NCBI GenBank assembly: GCA_016187335.1
Contig: JACPJW010000001.1
Location: 640,001 to 704,000, forward strand
Source of the DNA: Candidatus Aenigmatarchaeota archaeon
GTDB lineage: Archaea; Aenigmatarchaeota; Aenigmatarchaeia; GW2011-AR5
DNA: 64,000 bases
Reading direction: 5' to 3'
The notes below the pieces were generated by a model, which had not been told where the DNA came from, did not search any database, and saw only the letters and a program-made list of their open reading frames with translations. Shown one piece after another: positions 7,566 to 17,118 of this stretch. Position 1 is the stretch's first letter; each line of letters begins with the position of its first letter. A program made the position numbers and the translations under genes.

Positions 7566-8597
7566 TCAAACGACGCTCAATTTGGGCGGCGCGTGGAGAA
7601 GCTCGAAAAGCAGTTTTATTGCGTTGTTTATGTCGTTCATGCTCGCAATGCCTATGGTGGAATGCAAGTTGCGGATCGGTATGCCGACAATTGTTGACGG
7701 GACGCCTTCCCTTGTAAACGATATGCTCAGGGCATCCGTCGAGCCTTTCTCGTTGACGTCATACTGCAGTGGTATTTTGTGTTTTTTTGCCGTTTCCGCC
7801 AGCCAACCGTTTATCGTGCTGTTTGTTATCATCCCGCTGTCTTTCAGCGTGATGGCCGGGCCTTTGCCGATAACATTCATTTTAATGCTTGCCTTGTCTT
7901 CAGCCCCTGTTGCATCAACGGCTATTGCCCAGTTCGGCTGTATCTTGTATGCGGAGATCTTCGCGCCGTATAATCCTATCTCTTCCTGCACGGTGAAGAC
8001 ATAATAAATGTCAGCCTCGGTTTTCTGCAGCTTCTTTGCCAGTTCTATCAGGATATAGCAGCCCACACGGTCGTCCAGGGCCTTGCCGTATACGAGATCG
8101 CCGTCTTTCAGGTAGCCGAATTCCTGGTACAGAACAATAAAATCCCCCGGGTTGACGCCTTTCTTTTCCAGTTCCTCCTTTGTATGGCCCGTATCGATGA
8201 AAAGGTCTGAAGCTTCCGGAAGTTTGGTGACAAAATCAGAGTTGCTGATTTCCTTTGTTGTTATGACGCCGTCAACGAAATGATTGTAAGAGGATTTTAT
8301 TTTCACCCTTTGTCCTATCAGCGTCAAAGGTTCTATGCCCCCTATGCGCGAAAAATAAACATTGCCTTCGTCATCTGTGCCTTTAACCATAAGGCCGACT
8401 TCATCCGTGTGGGCGGCCAGCATCACCTTTGACCCCTTTCCTTTCTTGTGGGCAATAAGGTTGCCCACGGAATCAACACTGGTTTCGTCGACGTATTTCA
8501 GTATCTCCTTGTTGATAACAGCCCGTATTTCCGCTTCGTTGCCGCTTATGCCGCCCGCGTCAACCAGTCTTTTCAGAAGTTCAGTCATGATTATCAT
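7566..8597 (-). CDS. M42 family (TET) aminopeptidase
   Basis: AAHTDEVG, KALDDRVG, QEEIGLYGA, RNLHS metal ligands. Confidence 0.92.
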   Translation of the reverse strand: MIIMTELLKRLVDAGGISGNEAEIRAVINKEILKYVDETSVDSVGNLIAHKKGKGSKVMLAAHTDEVGLMVKGTDDEGNVYFSRIGGIEPLTLIGQRVKIKSSYNHFVDGVITTKEISNSDFVTKLPEASDLFIDTGHTKEELEKKGVNPGDFIVLYQEFGYLKDGDLVYGKALDDRVGCYILIELAKKLQKTEADIYYVFTVQEEIGLYGAKISAYKIQPNWAIAVDATGAEDKASIKMNVIGKGPAITLKDSGMITNSTINGWLAETAKKHKIPLQYDVNEKGSTDALSISFTREGVPSTIVGIPIRNLHSTIGIASMNDINNAIKLLFELLHAPPKLSVV

Positions 8598-8631
8598 CTG
8601 CTAAGGCAAAGCGCTTCAGTGTCAACCGCTT

Positions 8632-9942
8632 TTAACCTGTCACTTCCTTCACAGCGTCCTCGAAAATATCCAGGCCTTGATCAGCCTGTTTTTTGCTGAT
8701 AATTAATGGCGGGCAGACCCTTATTACGCTTTCGCCTGCCGGCAGAAGTATAAGTCCTTTCTCGCTGGCCTTGCAAAGAATCTGCGCCCGCTCTTTTTCA
8801 GCAATTTTCCTGCTTTTCTTGTCCTTCACGATCTCAACGCCTATCATTAAACCCAAACCGCGCACGTCGCCGACGATTTCATAGTCGTCCCTGATTTCCC
8901 CGAGCCTTTTCATCATATAACTGCCCACGCTTTTTGCGTTTTGTCCTAATTTCTTTTTCCTCATGTAATTCAGCGCTGAAATTCCTGCAGCGCACGCAAT
9001 CAGGTTTCCGCCGAACGTGTTTGCATGGCTCCCCGGAACCCAGTCCATTATCCTGCTGCTTGCCACCGTAGCGCCCAAAGGAAGCCCGCCTCCTATTGCC
9101 TTGCTGAGCGAAACAATGTCAGGGAGCACGCCGAAGTTTTCTATTGCAAGGAAAGTCCCGGTGCGGTAGCATCCTGCCTGCACCTCGTCGTCGCATAGCA
9201 GCGCGCCGTGTTCATTGCACAGCTTTCTCACGCCGCGGACAAAGCTTTTCGGCGGCACGACGTAGCCGCCTTCGCCCTGTATTGGTTCCATGAACACAGC
9301 AGCAAGATTGCCATGAAGTTGTTTCATCGTCTTTTCCAGCGCGTTCAAACAATGCTGGCTGCATTCTTCCGGCTCCATTTTCATTCTATAGTAGTATGGA
9401 AATGGAACGTGCTTTACAGGCAGGAAAGGCGAAAACCGCTCACGCTGCACGGGCTTTGAATTCGTCATCGACAGCGAGCCCATTGTACGTCCGTGAAAAC
9501 AGCCCTTAAAAGCAATGACCCATTTCTTGTTTGTATGCCATCGCGCCAGCTTGTACGCAGCCTCGATGCTCTCGGTTCCGCTGTTTGAAAGGAAGCATTT
9601 GTCAAATTGCTTTGGAAGAAATGTCAGCAGCGTCTCTGTGAATTTCACCGGCAATTCGGCGTAGAAATCGTAAAAGCCCGCGTGAGCGGCAATCTTCGCC
9701 TGCCTGGCCATTGCTTTCATCACTTCAGGGTTTGTATGCCCGACGTTCATGACAGCGATGCCTGCGGCAAAATCCAGGTAGCGCCGGCCGTCAGCATCGT
9801 AGACATAGCAGCCCCTGGCACTCTTGAAGACAAAAGAGTATTCGCGCGTCGCCGAGGAAGAAACAGCTTTGCCGTCCCTTCTGATGATGGCAACGCTTTT
9901 CGGCCCGGGCTTGCGGCAGATGAATTTAATTTGCCTGTTCAT
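8632..9942 (-). CDS. Class III PLP aminotransferase (ornithine/4-aminobutyrate-like)
   Basis: SNSGTESIEAA, FHGRT, EPIQGEGG, DEVQAG, SLSKAIGGG, TFGGN. Confidence 0.9.
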   Translation of the reverse strand: MNRQIKFICRKPGPKSVAIIRRDGKAVSSSATREYSFVFKSARGCYVYDADGRRYLDFAAGIAVMNVGHTNPEVMKAMARQAKIAAHAGFYDFYAELPVKFTETLLTFLPKQFDKCFLSNSGTESIEAAYKLARWHTNKKWVIAFKGCFHGRTMGSLSMTNSKPVQRERFSPFLPVKHVPFPYYYRMKMEPEECSQHCLNALEKTMKQLHGNLAAVFMEPIQGEGGYVVPPKSFVRGVRKLCNEHGALLCDDEVQAGCYRTGTFLAIENFGVLPDIVSLSKAIGGGLPLGATVASSRIMDWVPGSHANTFGGNLIACAAGISALNYMRKKKLGQNAKSVGSYMMKRLGEIRDDYEIVGDVRGLGLMIGVEIVKDKKSRKIAEKERAQILCKASEKGLILLPAGESVIRVCPPLIISKKQADQGLDIFEDAVKEVTG

Positions 9943-9977
9943 GCTAAATTAAATCTTTCTATAGCTTTATATAATTT

Positions 9978-9997
9978 ATATGATAAAATTATCATAT
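9978..9997. promoter_or_regulatory. Perfect 9-2-9 palindromic operator overlapping the ArsR start codon
   Basis: ATATGATAA-AA-TTATCATAT just downstream of TATA-like CTTTATATAA. Confidence 0.75.
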
Positions 9998-10310
9998 GAA
10001 AACTATTCCTTACAGGCTGTTTTTCAAGGCATTTTCAAATGAAACACGGCTAGGGATTATAAACACTTTAAGAAACGGCCATCAAAAAAATGTTACCGAG
10101 ATATGCAATGAATTAGACTTTGAACAATCGCGTGTTTCTCATAATCTTTCTTGCCTGATAGATTGCGGCTTCGTTGAAGTAAAGAGAAACGGAAAGGAAA
10201 GGATATATTCGCTCAATAAAGACACAATAAAGCCTATGATAAACCTGATAGACAGGCACATCAAAAAATATAGTAAGCATCTGCACAGATGCGGCGTCCT
10301 GAAGAGGTGA
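9996..10310 (+). CDS. ArsR/SmtB-family regulator (probable mer repressor)
   Basis: FKAFSNETRLGII, QSRVSHNLSCLIDCG wHTH with Cys; directly upstream of merA. Confidence 0.88.
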   Translation: MKTIPYRLFFKAFSNETRLGIINTLRNGHQKNVTEICNELDFEQSRVSHNLSCLIDCGFVEVKRNGKERIYSLNKDTIKPMINLIDRHIKKYSKHLHRCGVLKR

Positions 10311-10314
10311 TTTC

Positions 10315-11727
10315 ATGGATTATGATTTGGTAATTCTTGGTCAGGGTTCAGCGGCATTTGCAGCGGCAATAAAGGCGAATGATTTGGGCATTAAAACAGC
10401 GATGATCGGCGGAAATGCAACTCCCGGAACACTTATTGGAGGCACTTGCGTAAATGTCGGGTGCATGCCCAGCAAGAATTTGATAACTGTTGCAAACGCT
10501 TTCTATCATGCTGCGAACAATTCTTTCGAAGGCATAAAGTACGACAAAGGGAAACTGAATTTCAAAAAGATAATAGAGCAGAAGGATAAACTCGTTGCAA
10601 AATTCAGGAAAGAGAAATACGCCGACGTTGTAAAAAACCTTGATAACGTTACTTACATTGAAGGTAAAGGCAGATTCGTTTCCAGGAATGAAGCTGTTGT
10701 CAATGGAAAAAAGATAAGAGGGAAAAAATTTGTAATCGCTACCGGGGCAAGATCAAATATTATTCCTGTTAAAGGCTTGGAAAATATCGATTATCTCACA
10801 AACGAGGAAGCTCTGAGCCTGAAAGAGCTGCCTGAATCCTTATGCGTGATAGGCGGCCGTGCGCTAGGATTGGAATTCGCGCAGATGTATGCCCACTTTG
10901 GCACAAAGGTTATAGTTCTGCAAAGAAGCGACCGGATAATCCCGGAAGAGGAACCTGAGATTTCTGATGCGTTAAAGCGGTACTTGGAAGAAGAAGGCAT
11001 CGAAATTTACACCGGCATGAATATTAATTTTGTAAAGAAATCCGGCATCAAGAAAATTGTCAATTTCTCCGCCAAAGGCAGGGCAAAGGAGATAGAAGTC
11101 AGCCACATTTTATTCGCGACAGGCAGAAGACCAAATACAGACGGCATGAATTTAGAGAAGGCAGGAGTAAAGCTTGACGACAAAGGCTTTGTAAAAGTCG
11201 ACAGCGGAATGCAGACTTCTGCGCCGCATGTTTTTGCAGCCGGCGACGTGATTGGAGAGCCTATGCTGGAAACAATAGCAGCGAAGGAAGGCGCTGTTGC
11301 TGTTGAAAACGCGTTTGCAAAGCAAAAGAAGAAAATCAATTTCAACGAAGTTCCTAGAGCTGTTTTCACTTATCCGGAGGTTGCAAGCGTTGGCCTGACG
11401 GATGAAGTAGCTAACGGCAAAGGAATAAGGTGCAGGTGCGGCGTTCTTCCACTAGATTACGTGCCGAAAGCTCATGTTATCGGCGATACGCGCGGATTGG
11501 TCAAAATTGTTGCCAATAACAAGACGAAACAGATTGTTGGTGTCCATATACTCGCGCCTCATGCAGCTGATCTAATTCATGAAGGCACGATTGCCGTAAA
11601 ATTTGGATTGACTGTTGATGACATTATAGATACTGTTCATGTCTTCCCGACGCTTTCAGAAGCAATCAAATTGGCAGCCCAGTCATTTTACAAGGATGTA
11701 AGCAAACTGAGCTGCTGCACAGAGTGA
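10315..11727 (+). CDS. merA: Mercuric reductase lacking the N-terminal NmerA domain
   Basis: GGTCVNVGCMPSK redox pair, FPTLSE, C-terminal LSCC vicinal cysteines. Confidence 0.9.
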   Translation: MDYDLVILGQGSAAFAAAIKANDLGIKTAMIGGNATPGTLIGGTCVNVGCMPSKNLITVANAFYHAANNSFEGIKYDKGKLNFKKIIEQKDKLVAKFRKEKYADVVKNLDNVTYIEGKGRFVSRNEAVVNGKKIRGKKFVIATGARSNIIPVKGLENIDYLTNEEALSLKELPESLCVIGGRALGLEFAQMYAHFGTKVIVLQRSDRIIPEEEPEISDALKRYLEEEGIEIYTGMNINFVKKSGIKKIVNFSAKGRAKEIEVSHILFATGRRPNTDGMNLEKAGVKLDDKGFVKVDSGMQTSAPHVFAAGDVIGEPMLETIAAKEGAVAVENAFAKQKKKINFNEVPRAVFTYPEVASVGLTDEVANGKGIRCRCGVLPLDYVPKAHVIGDTRGLVKIVANNKTKQIVGVHILAPHAADLIHEGTIAVKFGLTVDDIIDTVHVFPTLSEAIKLAAQSFYKDVSKLSCCTE

Positions 11728-11739
11728 TTTTATTAGTTT

Positions 11740-13203
11740 TTACCGCTCGATGTCAATCTGTGCCCTCTGCAGCTTGCCGCTATAATCAATATACACGGCT
11801 TTGATTTCGCTGAATTCCTCGATGCCTGTTATTCCGGCTTCCCTCGTGCCATTGCCTGTTTGTTTCACGCCGCCGAACGGCAGATGCACCTCAGCGCCGA
11901 TTGTCGACGCGTTGACGTAAGTTATGCCCGCCTCTATGTTTTCTATAGCCTGAAACGCGTTCTTTATGTTGTTCGTGTATATGGACGAGCTAAGGCCGTA
12001 ATCAACAGCATTCATGTATTCCACGGCTTCTTCCAGCTTTCTGAAAGATATTATAGAAAGCACCGGCCCGAATATTTCCTCTTTAGCGATGCGCATGTCA
12101 ATGCTGACTTCCGTAAACACGGTTGGTTTGTAGAAGAATCCGCGCGTGCCATGCTTCTCTCCGCCGCACAGAAGTTTTGCTCCTTCTTTCTTTCCTATTT
12201 CAACATAGCGCTGGGATTTCTCCACGGCTGCTTTGTTCACGAGCGGACCTACATCCGTTTTGGAGTCAAGGCCTGACCCAAGGCGCAGCTTCCTGGCACG
12301 GTTTACCAGGGCATTCTCGAACTTCTTTTTTATTTTCTCATGAACAATCACGCGCGATGCCGCCGTGCATCTCTGCCCTGTCGTGCCGAACGCGCCCCAT
12401 ATAACGCCGTCCAGGGCTAAATCAATGTCCGCGTCATCCATTATTATTATGCCGTTCTTGCCGCCTAATTCCAGGCCTACTTTTTTTATCCCTGCGTTCT
12501 GGGTTATCCACAGGCCCGTGTCGCGGCTTCCTGTAAATGAGATGCCGCGCATTTTCTTGTGCCTGACAATTGCTGTGCCGGCCGGGTCGCCGGGTCCTGT
12601 CACAAGGTTTACAACGCCCTTCGGCACGCCGGCTTTTTCGATGAGCTTTGTAAGCTCCACAGCGCACAGCGGGGTGTCGCTGCTCGGCTTCCAGACAACA
12701 GCGTTGCCGCATACAAGCGCAGGCATAAGTTTCCACGCTGGTATGGCTATGGGAAAGTTCCACGGAGTTATTATGCCTACGACGCCTACAGGCATCCGCA
12801 CTGTCATGCAGAACTTGTTGCGCAGTTCTGACGGGGTTGTATTTCCGAAAAGCCTTCTTCCTTCTCCGGCCATGTACTCCGCTATGTCAACAGCTTCCTG
12901 AACGTCGCCGCGGGCTTCTGTAAGAACTTTGCCCATCTCCGTTGTCTCCAATCTTGCCAGCCTTTCCTTTTCCTTGCGCAGCAGCTGGGCAATGCTGAGC
13001 AAAATTTCTCCGCGGCGCGGCGCAGGAATATTAGACCATTTTTTCTGCGCATCTTCCGCGGCATCGACAGCCTTGCTAACGTCAGAAGCCGCGCTTTTCT
13101 GGAAATAGCCTATTGCCTTCTCTGTTGACGGATTAATGCTGGAGAAAACTCCGCCTGAAGAAGGAACCCAGTTGCCGCCAATATAGTTTTTGTAAACAGC
13201 CAT
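11740..13203 (-). CDS. Aldehyde dehydrogenase
   Basis: ITPWNFP, LELGGK (Glu), GQRCT (Cys), EEIFGP, PFGGVK. Confidence 0.93.
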   Translation of the reverse strand: MAVYKNYIGGNWVPSSGGVFSSINPSTEKAIGYFQKSAASDVSKAVDAAEDAQKKWSNIPAPRRGEILLSIAQLLRKEKERLARLETTEMGKVLTEARGDVQEAVDIAEYMAGEGRRLFGNTTPSELRNKFCMTVRMPVGVVGIITPWNFPIAIPAWKLMPALVCGNAVVWKPSSDTPLCAVELTKLIEKAGVPKGVVNLVTGPGDPAGTAIVRHKKMRGISFTGSRDTGLWITQNAGIKKVGLELGGKNGIIIMDDADIDLALDGVIWGAFGTTGQRCTAASRVIVHEKIKKKFENALVNRARKLRLGSGLDSKTDVGPLVNKAAVEKSQRYVEIGKKEGAKLLCGGEKHGTRGFFYKPTVFTEVSIDMRIAKEEIFGPVLSIISFRKLEEAVEYMNAVDYGLSSSIYTNNIKNAFQAIENIEAGITYVNASTIGAEVHLPFGGVKQTGNGTREAGITGIEEFSEIKAVYIDYSGKLQRAQIDIER

Positions 13204-13423
13204 GGCTTAGTTATGCTCCGGCCGCTTAATAAAATTTTGCTTGAAGACAAATGTAAAACGGAAGGTGATTTGCCGCTTCTTTCCATGGTAAGAGCGCTGA
13301 ATTTGTGCTTTCTTTTCTAGACAAAATGATTTCTTCCGCTTATTGACCTCTGAGAAGGTCTTTCGTTTCCTTGCAGAACGAAGTTCTGCGGGGTTCTGAA
13401 GAAGCAAAGCTTCTTCCGAATGA

Positions 13424-13446
13424 TTGAACTTTTCTGAAAAGTTCAA
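13424..13446. repeat. Perfect 11-1-11 palindrome, dispersed repeat family
   Basis: TTGAACTTTTC-T-GAAAAGTTCAA; 25 nt identical to 21092-21116. Confidence 0.85.
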
Positions 13447-13563
13447 ACGTTTCACGAATGTTTCACGGCGGTTTCTCGTATCCGAAACGGACTATATATA
13501 CATTAGCGATGAGCGGCGCCGGGCCGCGAGCAATCGTCTCTAAAAATGAACGGAGGTGTTCGC

Positions 13564-14649
13564 ATGAGATGGATCGCAGGGCTGCTGATGGCTTTGCTCA
13601 TTGCAATGCCGCTGGCAGTCGCTGACGAATTGGACGGACAGGCAACTGTCAAAGGAAACGCCGCTTCTGCCATGGACCTCAGGTTCAGGCAGATGGGCGA
13701 AGGATTCGGCGACTTTGTCTTTCACGTCAAGGCATTTCTGACGTTCGACGAGAAGGCAAAGGTTGAGCTGATGAAGGAAAGGAACGCGGATCTGCAGGCA
13801 AGGCAGGAGGCATGGCTTGAGACAAAAGCAGATGCGCTTGCCAGGTTCAGGTCAGAGAATCTGACAGCCGAGCAGAAACAGGAAGTCATCGGCGTCATCC
13901 AGGCCGAGCACGAGGCCATAATAAAGGAGCATCTGAAAACGACCGAGGAAATCAGGGAGATGCAGCTGAAGGCCAAGGCACGCGGCGACGCTGAGCTTGA
14001 AAGCAGGGCAGAAGCGGCTGCCAGATCAGCTGAGGCATCCCGTCTTTCCGTTGGGCTGAAATTAGTCGGCGACGGAGCATCTGACGGCATGCTCAAGCTC
14101 AAGGTGAAGATGGTCGCAGACGGGGACGGCGAAGCCAGTGCAGTGACAGCCGAGGAAGCCCAGGCCATGGTCGAGAATGAGTTCGACATCGGGGCGACGA
14201 CCGTTACAACAGTGACTGAAGGCGGCAGGACGGTCTTTGTCGTGACAGGCAGTGAAACGGAAACCGAAGGCAGGTTTGTCATGACAAAGGAAATAACAGC
14301 AAAAGTCGACGCGGAAACAGGAGCCGTGACTTCGGTTGACTTCGATGCCCACTTCCAGACCACGGCTGAAGGGAATGCAAGCGTGAACAGCTCTGGATGC
14401 AGAGGATTCCTCTGCCTGGGAATAGGCATTTCCAGCGAAGCCGAAGCTGAGTCTGAAGCTGAATCAAGCGGTAGTGCCCAAGCTGGCGGCGGAGCTTCGT
14501 CAGAGGAAAGCGCCCAAGCTAGCGGTGGCGCGCATGCTTCGGCTAACGCAGGAGTCAGCGGCGGCTCCAGCATAGGAGGCCAGAGCAACGGCGCTTCTGC
14601 AGGCGGAAGCGGCAATGCCGGCAGCAGAATCAGCGTAAGAATCGGCTGA
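13564..14649 (+). CDS. Secreted protein: helical N-domain, PepSY-like segment, Ser/Gly/Ala-rich tail
   Basis: SD GGAGGTG; signal peptide; VTAEEAQAMV...AKVDAETGAV; low-complexity C-terminus. Confidence 0.75.
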   Translation: MRWIAGLLMALLIAMPLAVADELDGQATVKGNAASAMDLRFRQMGEGFGDFVFHVKAFLTFDEKAKVELMKERNADLQARQEAWLETKADALARFRSENLTAEQKQEVIGVIQAEHEAIIKEHLKTTEEIREMQLKAKARGDAELESRAEAAARSAEASRLSVGLKLVGDGASDGMLKLKVKMVADGDGEASAVTAEEAQAMVENEFDIGATTVTTVTEGGRTVFVVTGSETETEGRFVMTKEITAKVDAETGAVTSVDFDAHFQTTAEGNASVNSSGCRGFLCLGIGISSEAEAESEAESSGSAQAGGGASSEESAQASGGAHASANAGVSGGSSIGGQSNGASAGGSGNAGSRISVRIG

Positions 14650-14728
14650 GAAATTTATCTTTTCTTTTTTCATTTTTCTTTTTTAATGAAAATAAAAGAA
14701 AAAAACAAAGAATAAACATAAACAGAAT

Positions 14729-14764
14729 TTATCTTTTTTCTCTTCTTGCTGCTTTTCGTGCCAT
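14729..14764 (-). CDS. Possible 11-aa basic micro-ORF MARKAARREKR
   Basis: TTTATAAA box, SD GAGGTGA, followed by T-rich tract. Confidence 0.3.
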   Translation of the reverse strand: MARKAARREKR

Positions 14765-14857
14765 TTAAATCACCTCTTGGTTAATTGAGAGAATTAATGA
14801 TAACCAAAGGCAGTTTATAAAGTATTCTGTGATGCAGAATAGATTTTCTCGGAAAAG

Positions 14858-15793
14858 TTATCTGATTTTTCCCGCCAGCCGCAGCATCAGCGCCTTCTGC
14901 GCGTGCATGCGGTTCTCCGCCTGGTCAAAGACGATGCTCTGCCTGCTGTCCATCACGTCGTCGGTGACTTCCTGGCCGCGCTTGGCAGGGAGGCAGTGCA
15001 TGAACAGGGCGTTCTTTTTGGCATGCTTCATTAGCGGCACGTTAACCTTATAGGGCCTGAAAATCCTTTCGCGCTCCTTTTCCTGTTCAGCCGGGATGTG
15101 ATAGCTCATCCAGCTGTCCGTATACACTACGTCAGCGCTTTCGACGGCTTCCTTCGCATCATTTGTAATCAGGATTTTACTGCCGGATTTTGCAGCAAGC
15201 CTTTTCGCTTCGGCAACGATTTTCTTGTCAGGCTCGTAGTCTTTTCCTTTCGGCGAAGCCACTGCTATGTTCATGCCGGCAATGGAGCAGCCCAAAAGCA
15301 ATGAATGCGTTGTGTTATTAAGTCCGTCACCTAGGTAAGCTAATTTTCCCTTCAGGGCGCCTTTCTTTTCCTGTATTGTCATCAGGTCGCTAAGGATCTG
15401 GCAGGGATGCTCGCGGTTGCTCATCGCGTTTATCACAGGTATGCTGGCGTTGGCAGCCATTTCTTCTATCTGCCTGTGGTCGTAAAGCCTTGCCATGATC
15501 ATGTCGCAATAGCGTTCCGTGGTTTTTGTGAAGTCCTTTACTGACTCTTTCTTGCCCAGTGTTGACTGGGCAATGTCGTAATATATCGCATGCCCGCCCA
15601 GCTGGGTCATGCCTGCCTCGAAAGAAACCCTTGTCCTGAGGGACGGCGCCTCGAAGAGCATGAAAAGCGTCTTGTTCCTGAGATTTTGCGAATATTTTTC
15701 CGGGTTCTTTTTTATTTCCAGCGCCTTCTTTATCAGGAACTCTATTTCCTTCTTTGACAAATCCGCTATGGACAGGAAATGCCGCGTTTTCAT
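14858..15793 (-). CDS. arcB: Ornithine carbamoyltransferase-family enzyme
   Basis: SLRTRVSFE, HPCQ, HCLP; operonic with carbamate kinase. Confidence 0.88.
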   Translation of the reverse strand: MKTRHFLSIADLSKKEIEFLIKKALEIKKNPEKYSQNLRNKTLFMLFEAPSLRTRVSFEAGMTQLGGHAIYYDIAQSTLGKKESVKDFTKTTERYCDMIMARLYDHRQIEEMAANASIPVINAMSNREHPCQILSDLMTIQEKKGALKGKLAYLGDGLNNTTHSLLLGCSIAGMNIAVASPKGKDYEPDKKIVAEAKRLAAKSGSKILITNDAKEAVESADVVYTDSWMSYHIPAEQEKERERIFRPYKVNVPLMKHAKKNALFMHCLPAKRGQEVTDDVMDSRQSIVFDQAENRMHAQKALMLRLAGKIR

Positions 15794-17118
15794 CGTTTAA
15801 CCTTCCTTGCAAAGGCGTCTAAAATCCTGTCAAATTCTTTTGGCGCGTCGAGCTCATACTCCACGCTGATGACGGGCTTGTTTATCCTGATCAGTTTTGC
15901 CAGGTTTATCGGCGTTGCTTCCACGACAAAATCGCATTTCGCGCGGTTTATTGTTTTTTCCAGCTCGCCTATCTGCTTTCTGCTGTAGCCCATGGCGGGA
16001 AGAATTTTTTTCAGGTGAGGATATTTTTGGTAAACTTTCTTTATGGAGCCGGCGGCATGCCGGGAAGCGTCTATGATTTTCGCCCCGTGCCTTTCCGCGA
16101 CTATGGCTCCTGCGCCGAACGCCATCCCGCCGTGGGTGAGCGTGGGGCCGTCCTCCACTACAAGGACTTTCTTGCCCCTTATGGCTTCCGCTTTGTCGGC
16201 TGTAAGCTTCATGTCCGTTTTGATTATCCTTGCCTTGGGGTTCGCTTTCTCCGAGTTTTCAATGACAAGGCGGATGTTTTTCTTCGGCGCCGTTCCCGTC
16301 TTGCTTATCAGTATGACATCAGCCGCGCGCAGGTTCGCCTCGCCGGGATGGTAGCTTATCTCGTGCCCAGCCCTGTGCGGGTCCGCTATTGTTATGTGCA
16401 GGTCCGGCTTGAAAAAAGGCAGGTCGTTGTTTCCGCCGTCCCACAGGATGACGTCCGCCTCCTTCTCGGCAATACGCAGTATTTTCTCGTAATCAACGCC
16501 TGCGAAAACGACCACGCCTCTCCGGATGTAAGGCTCGTATTCCTCCCTTTCCTCTATGGTGCATTTGTGCTTCTGGAAATCCTCGTATTTTTCGAACCGC
16601 TGCACTTCTTCCTCAGCAAGATTCCCGTAAGGCATCGGATGGCGCACTGCCACGACCCTGACCTTTTTCTCCAGCAGGTAGTTCACCACGTACCTGCTTG
16701 TCGGGCTTTTGCCGGCGCCTGTCCGGACAGCGCAGACAGCGATGACAGGCTTGCTGGACTTGAGGGCTGTCGAGCCCATCCCAAGAAGGATGAAGTCCGC
16801 TCCGTTTGCCAGCGCAATGGACGCCCTGTGCATAACCTCCTCGTGACTGATGTCAGAATAAGAAAAAACAACCTTGTCAACCTTGTGCTTCCTTATCAGC
16901 GCTGCGAGATCGCTTTCAGGATAAATGGGAATTCCCTTCGGATATAACCGCCCTGAAATCTTCGGCGGGTAGATCCTGCCTTCTATATCCGGTATCTGGG
17001 CGGCGGTAAATGCAACAACCTTGTAATACCTGTTATTGCGGAAATAAGTGTTGAAGTTGTGGAAGTCCCGGCCCGCCGCGCCCATTATGATAACTCTTTT
17101 CTGTTTCATGACTGTCAT
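15790..17118 (-). CDS. arcE: cDPG-synthetase-like P-loop protein, probable arginine synthetase ArcE
   Basis: MGAAGRDFHNFN, AVRTGAGKS, RHPMPYG, EEREEYE, DGGNND, EDGPTLTHGGM; lies between arcC and arcB with ATGA overlaps. Confidence 0.8.
   Translation of the reverse strand: MTVMKQKRVIIMGAAGRDFHNFNTYFRNNRYYKVVAFTAAQIPDIEGRIYPPKISGRLYPKGIPIYPESDLAALIRKHKVDKVVFSYSDISHEEVMHRASIALANGADFILLGMGSTALKSSKPVIAVCAVRTGAGKSPTSRYVVNYLLEKKVRVVAVRHPMPYGNLAEEEVQRFEKYEDFQKHKCTIEEREEYEPYIRRGVVVFAGVDYEKILRIAEKEADVILWDGGNNDLPFFKPDLHITIADPHRAGHEISYHPGEANLRAADVILISKTGTAPKKNIRLVIENSEKANPKARIIKTDMKLTADKAEAIRGKKVLVVEDGPTLTHGGMAFGAGAIVAERHGAKIIDASRHAAGSIKKVYQKYPHLKKILPAMGYSRKQIGELEKTINRAKCDFVVEATPINLAKLIRINKPVISVEYELDAPKEFDRILDAFARKVKR

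Noticed and set aside
13207-13455. 82-aa ORF MKRLNFSEKF...
   Set aside because: Made of the palindrome and A/T tracts in a promoter region; no SD or protein-like features
13722-14615. 297-aa antisense ORF
   Set aside because: Shadow of the GC-rich secreted protein on the + strand; the many other overlapping ORFs in the track were dismissed for the same reason
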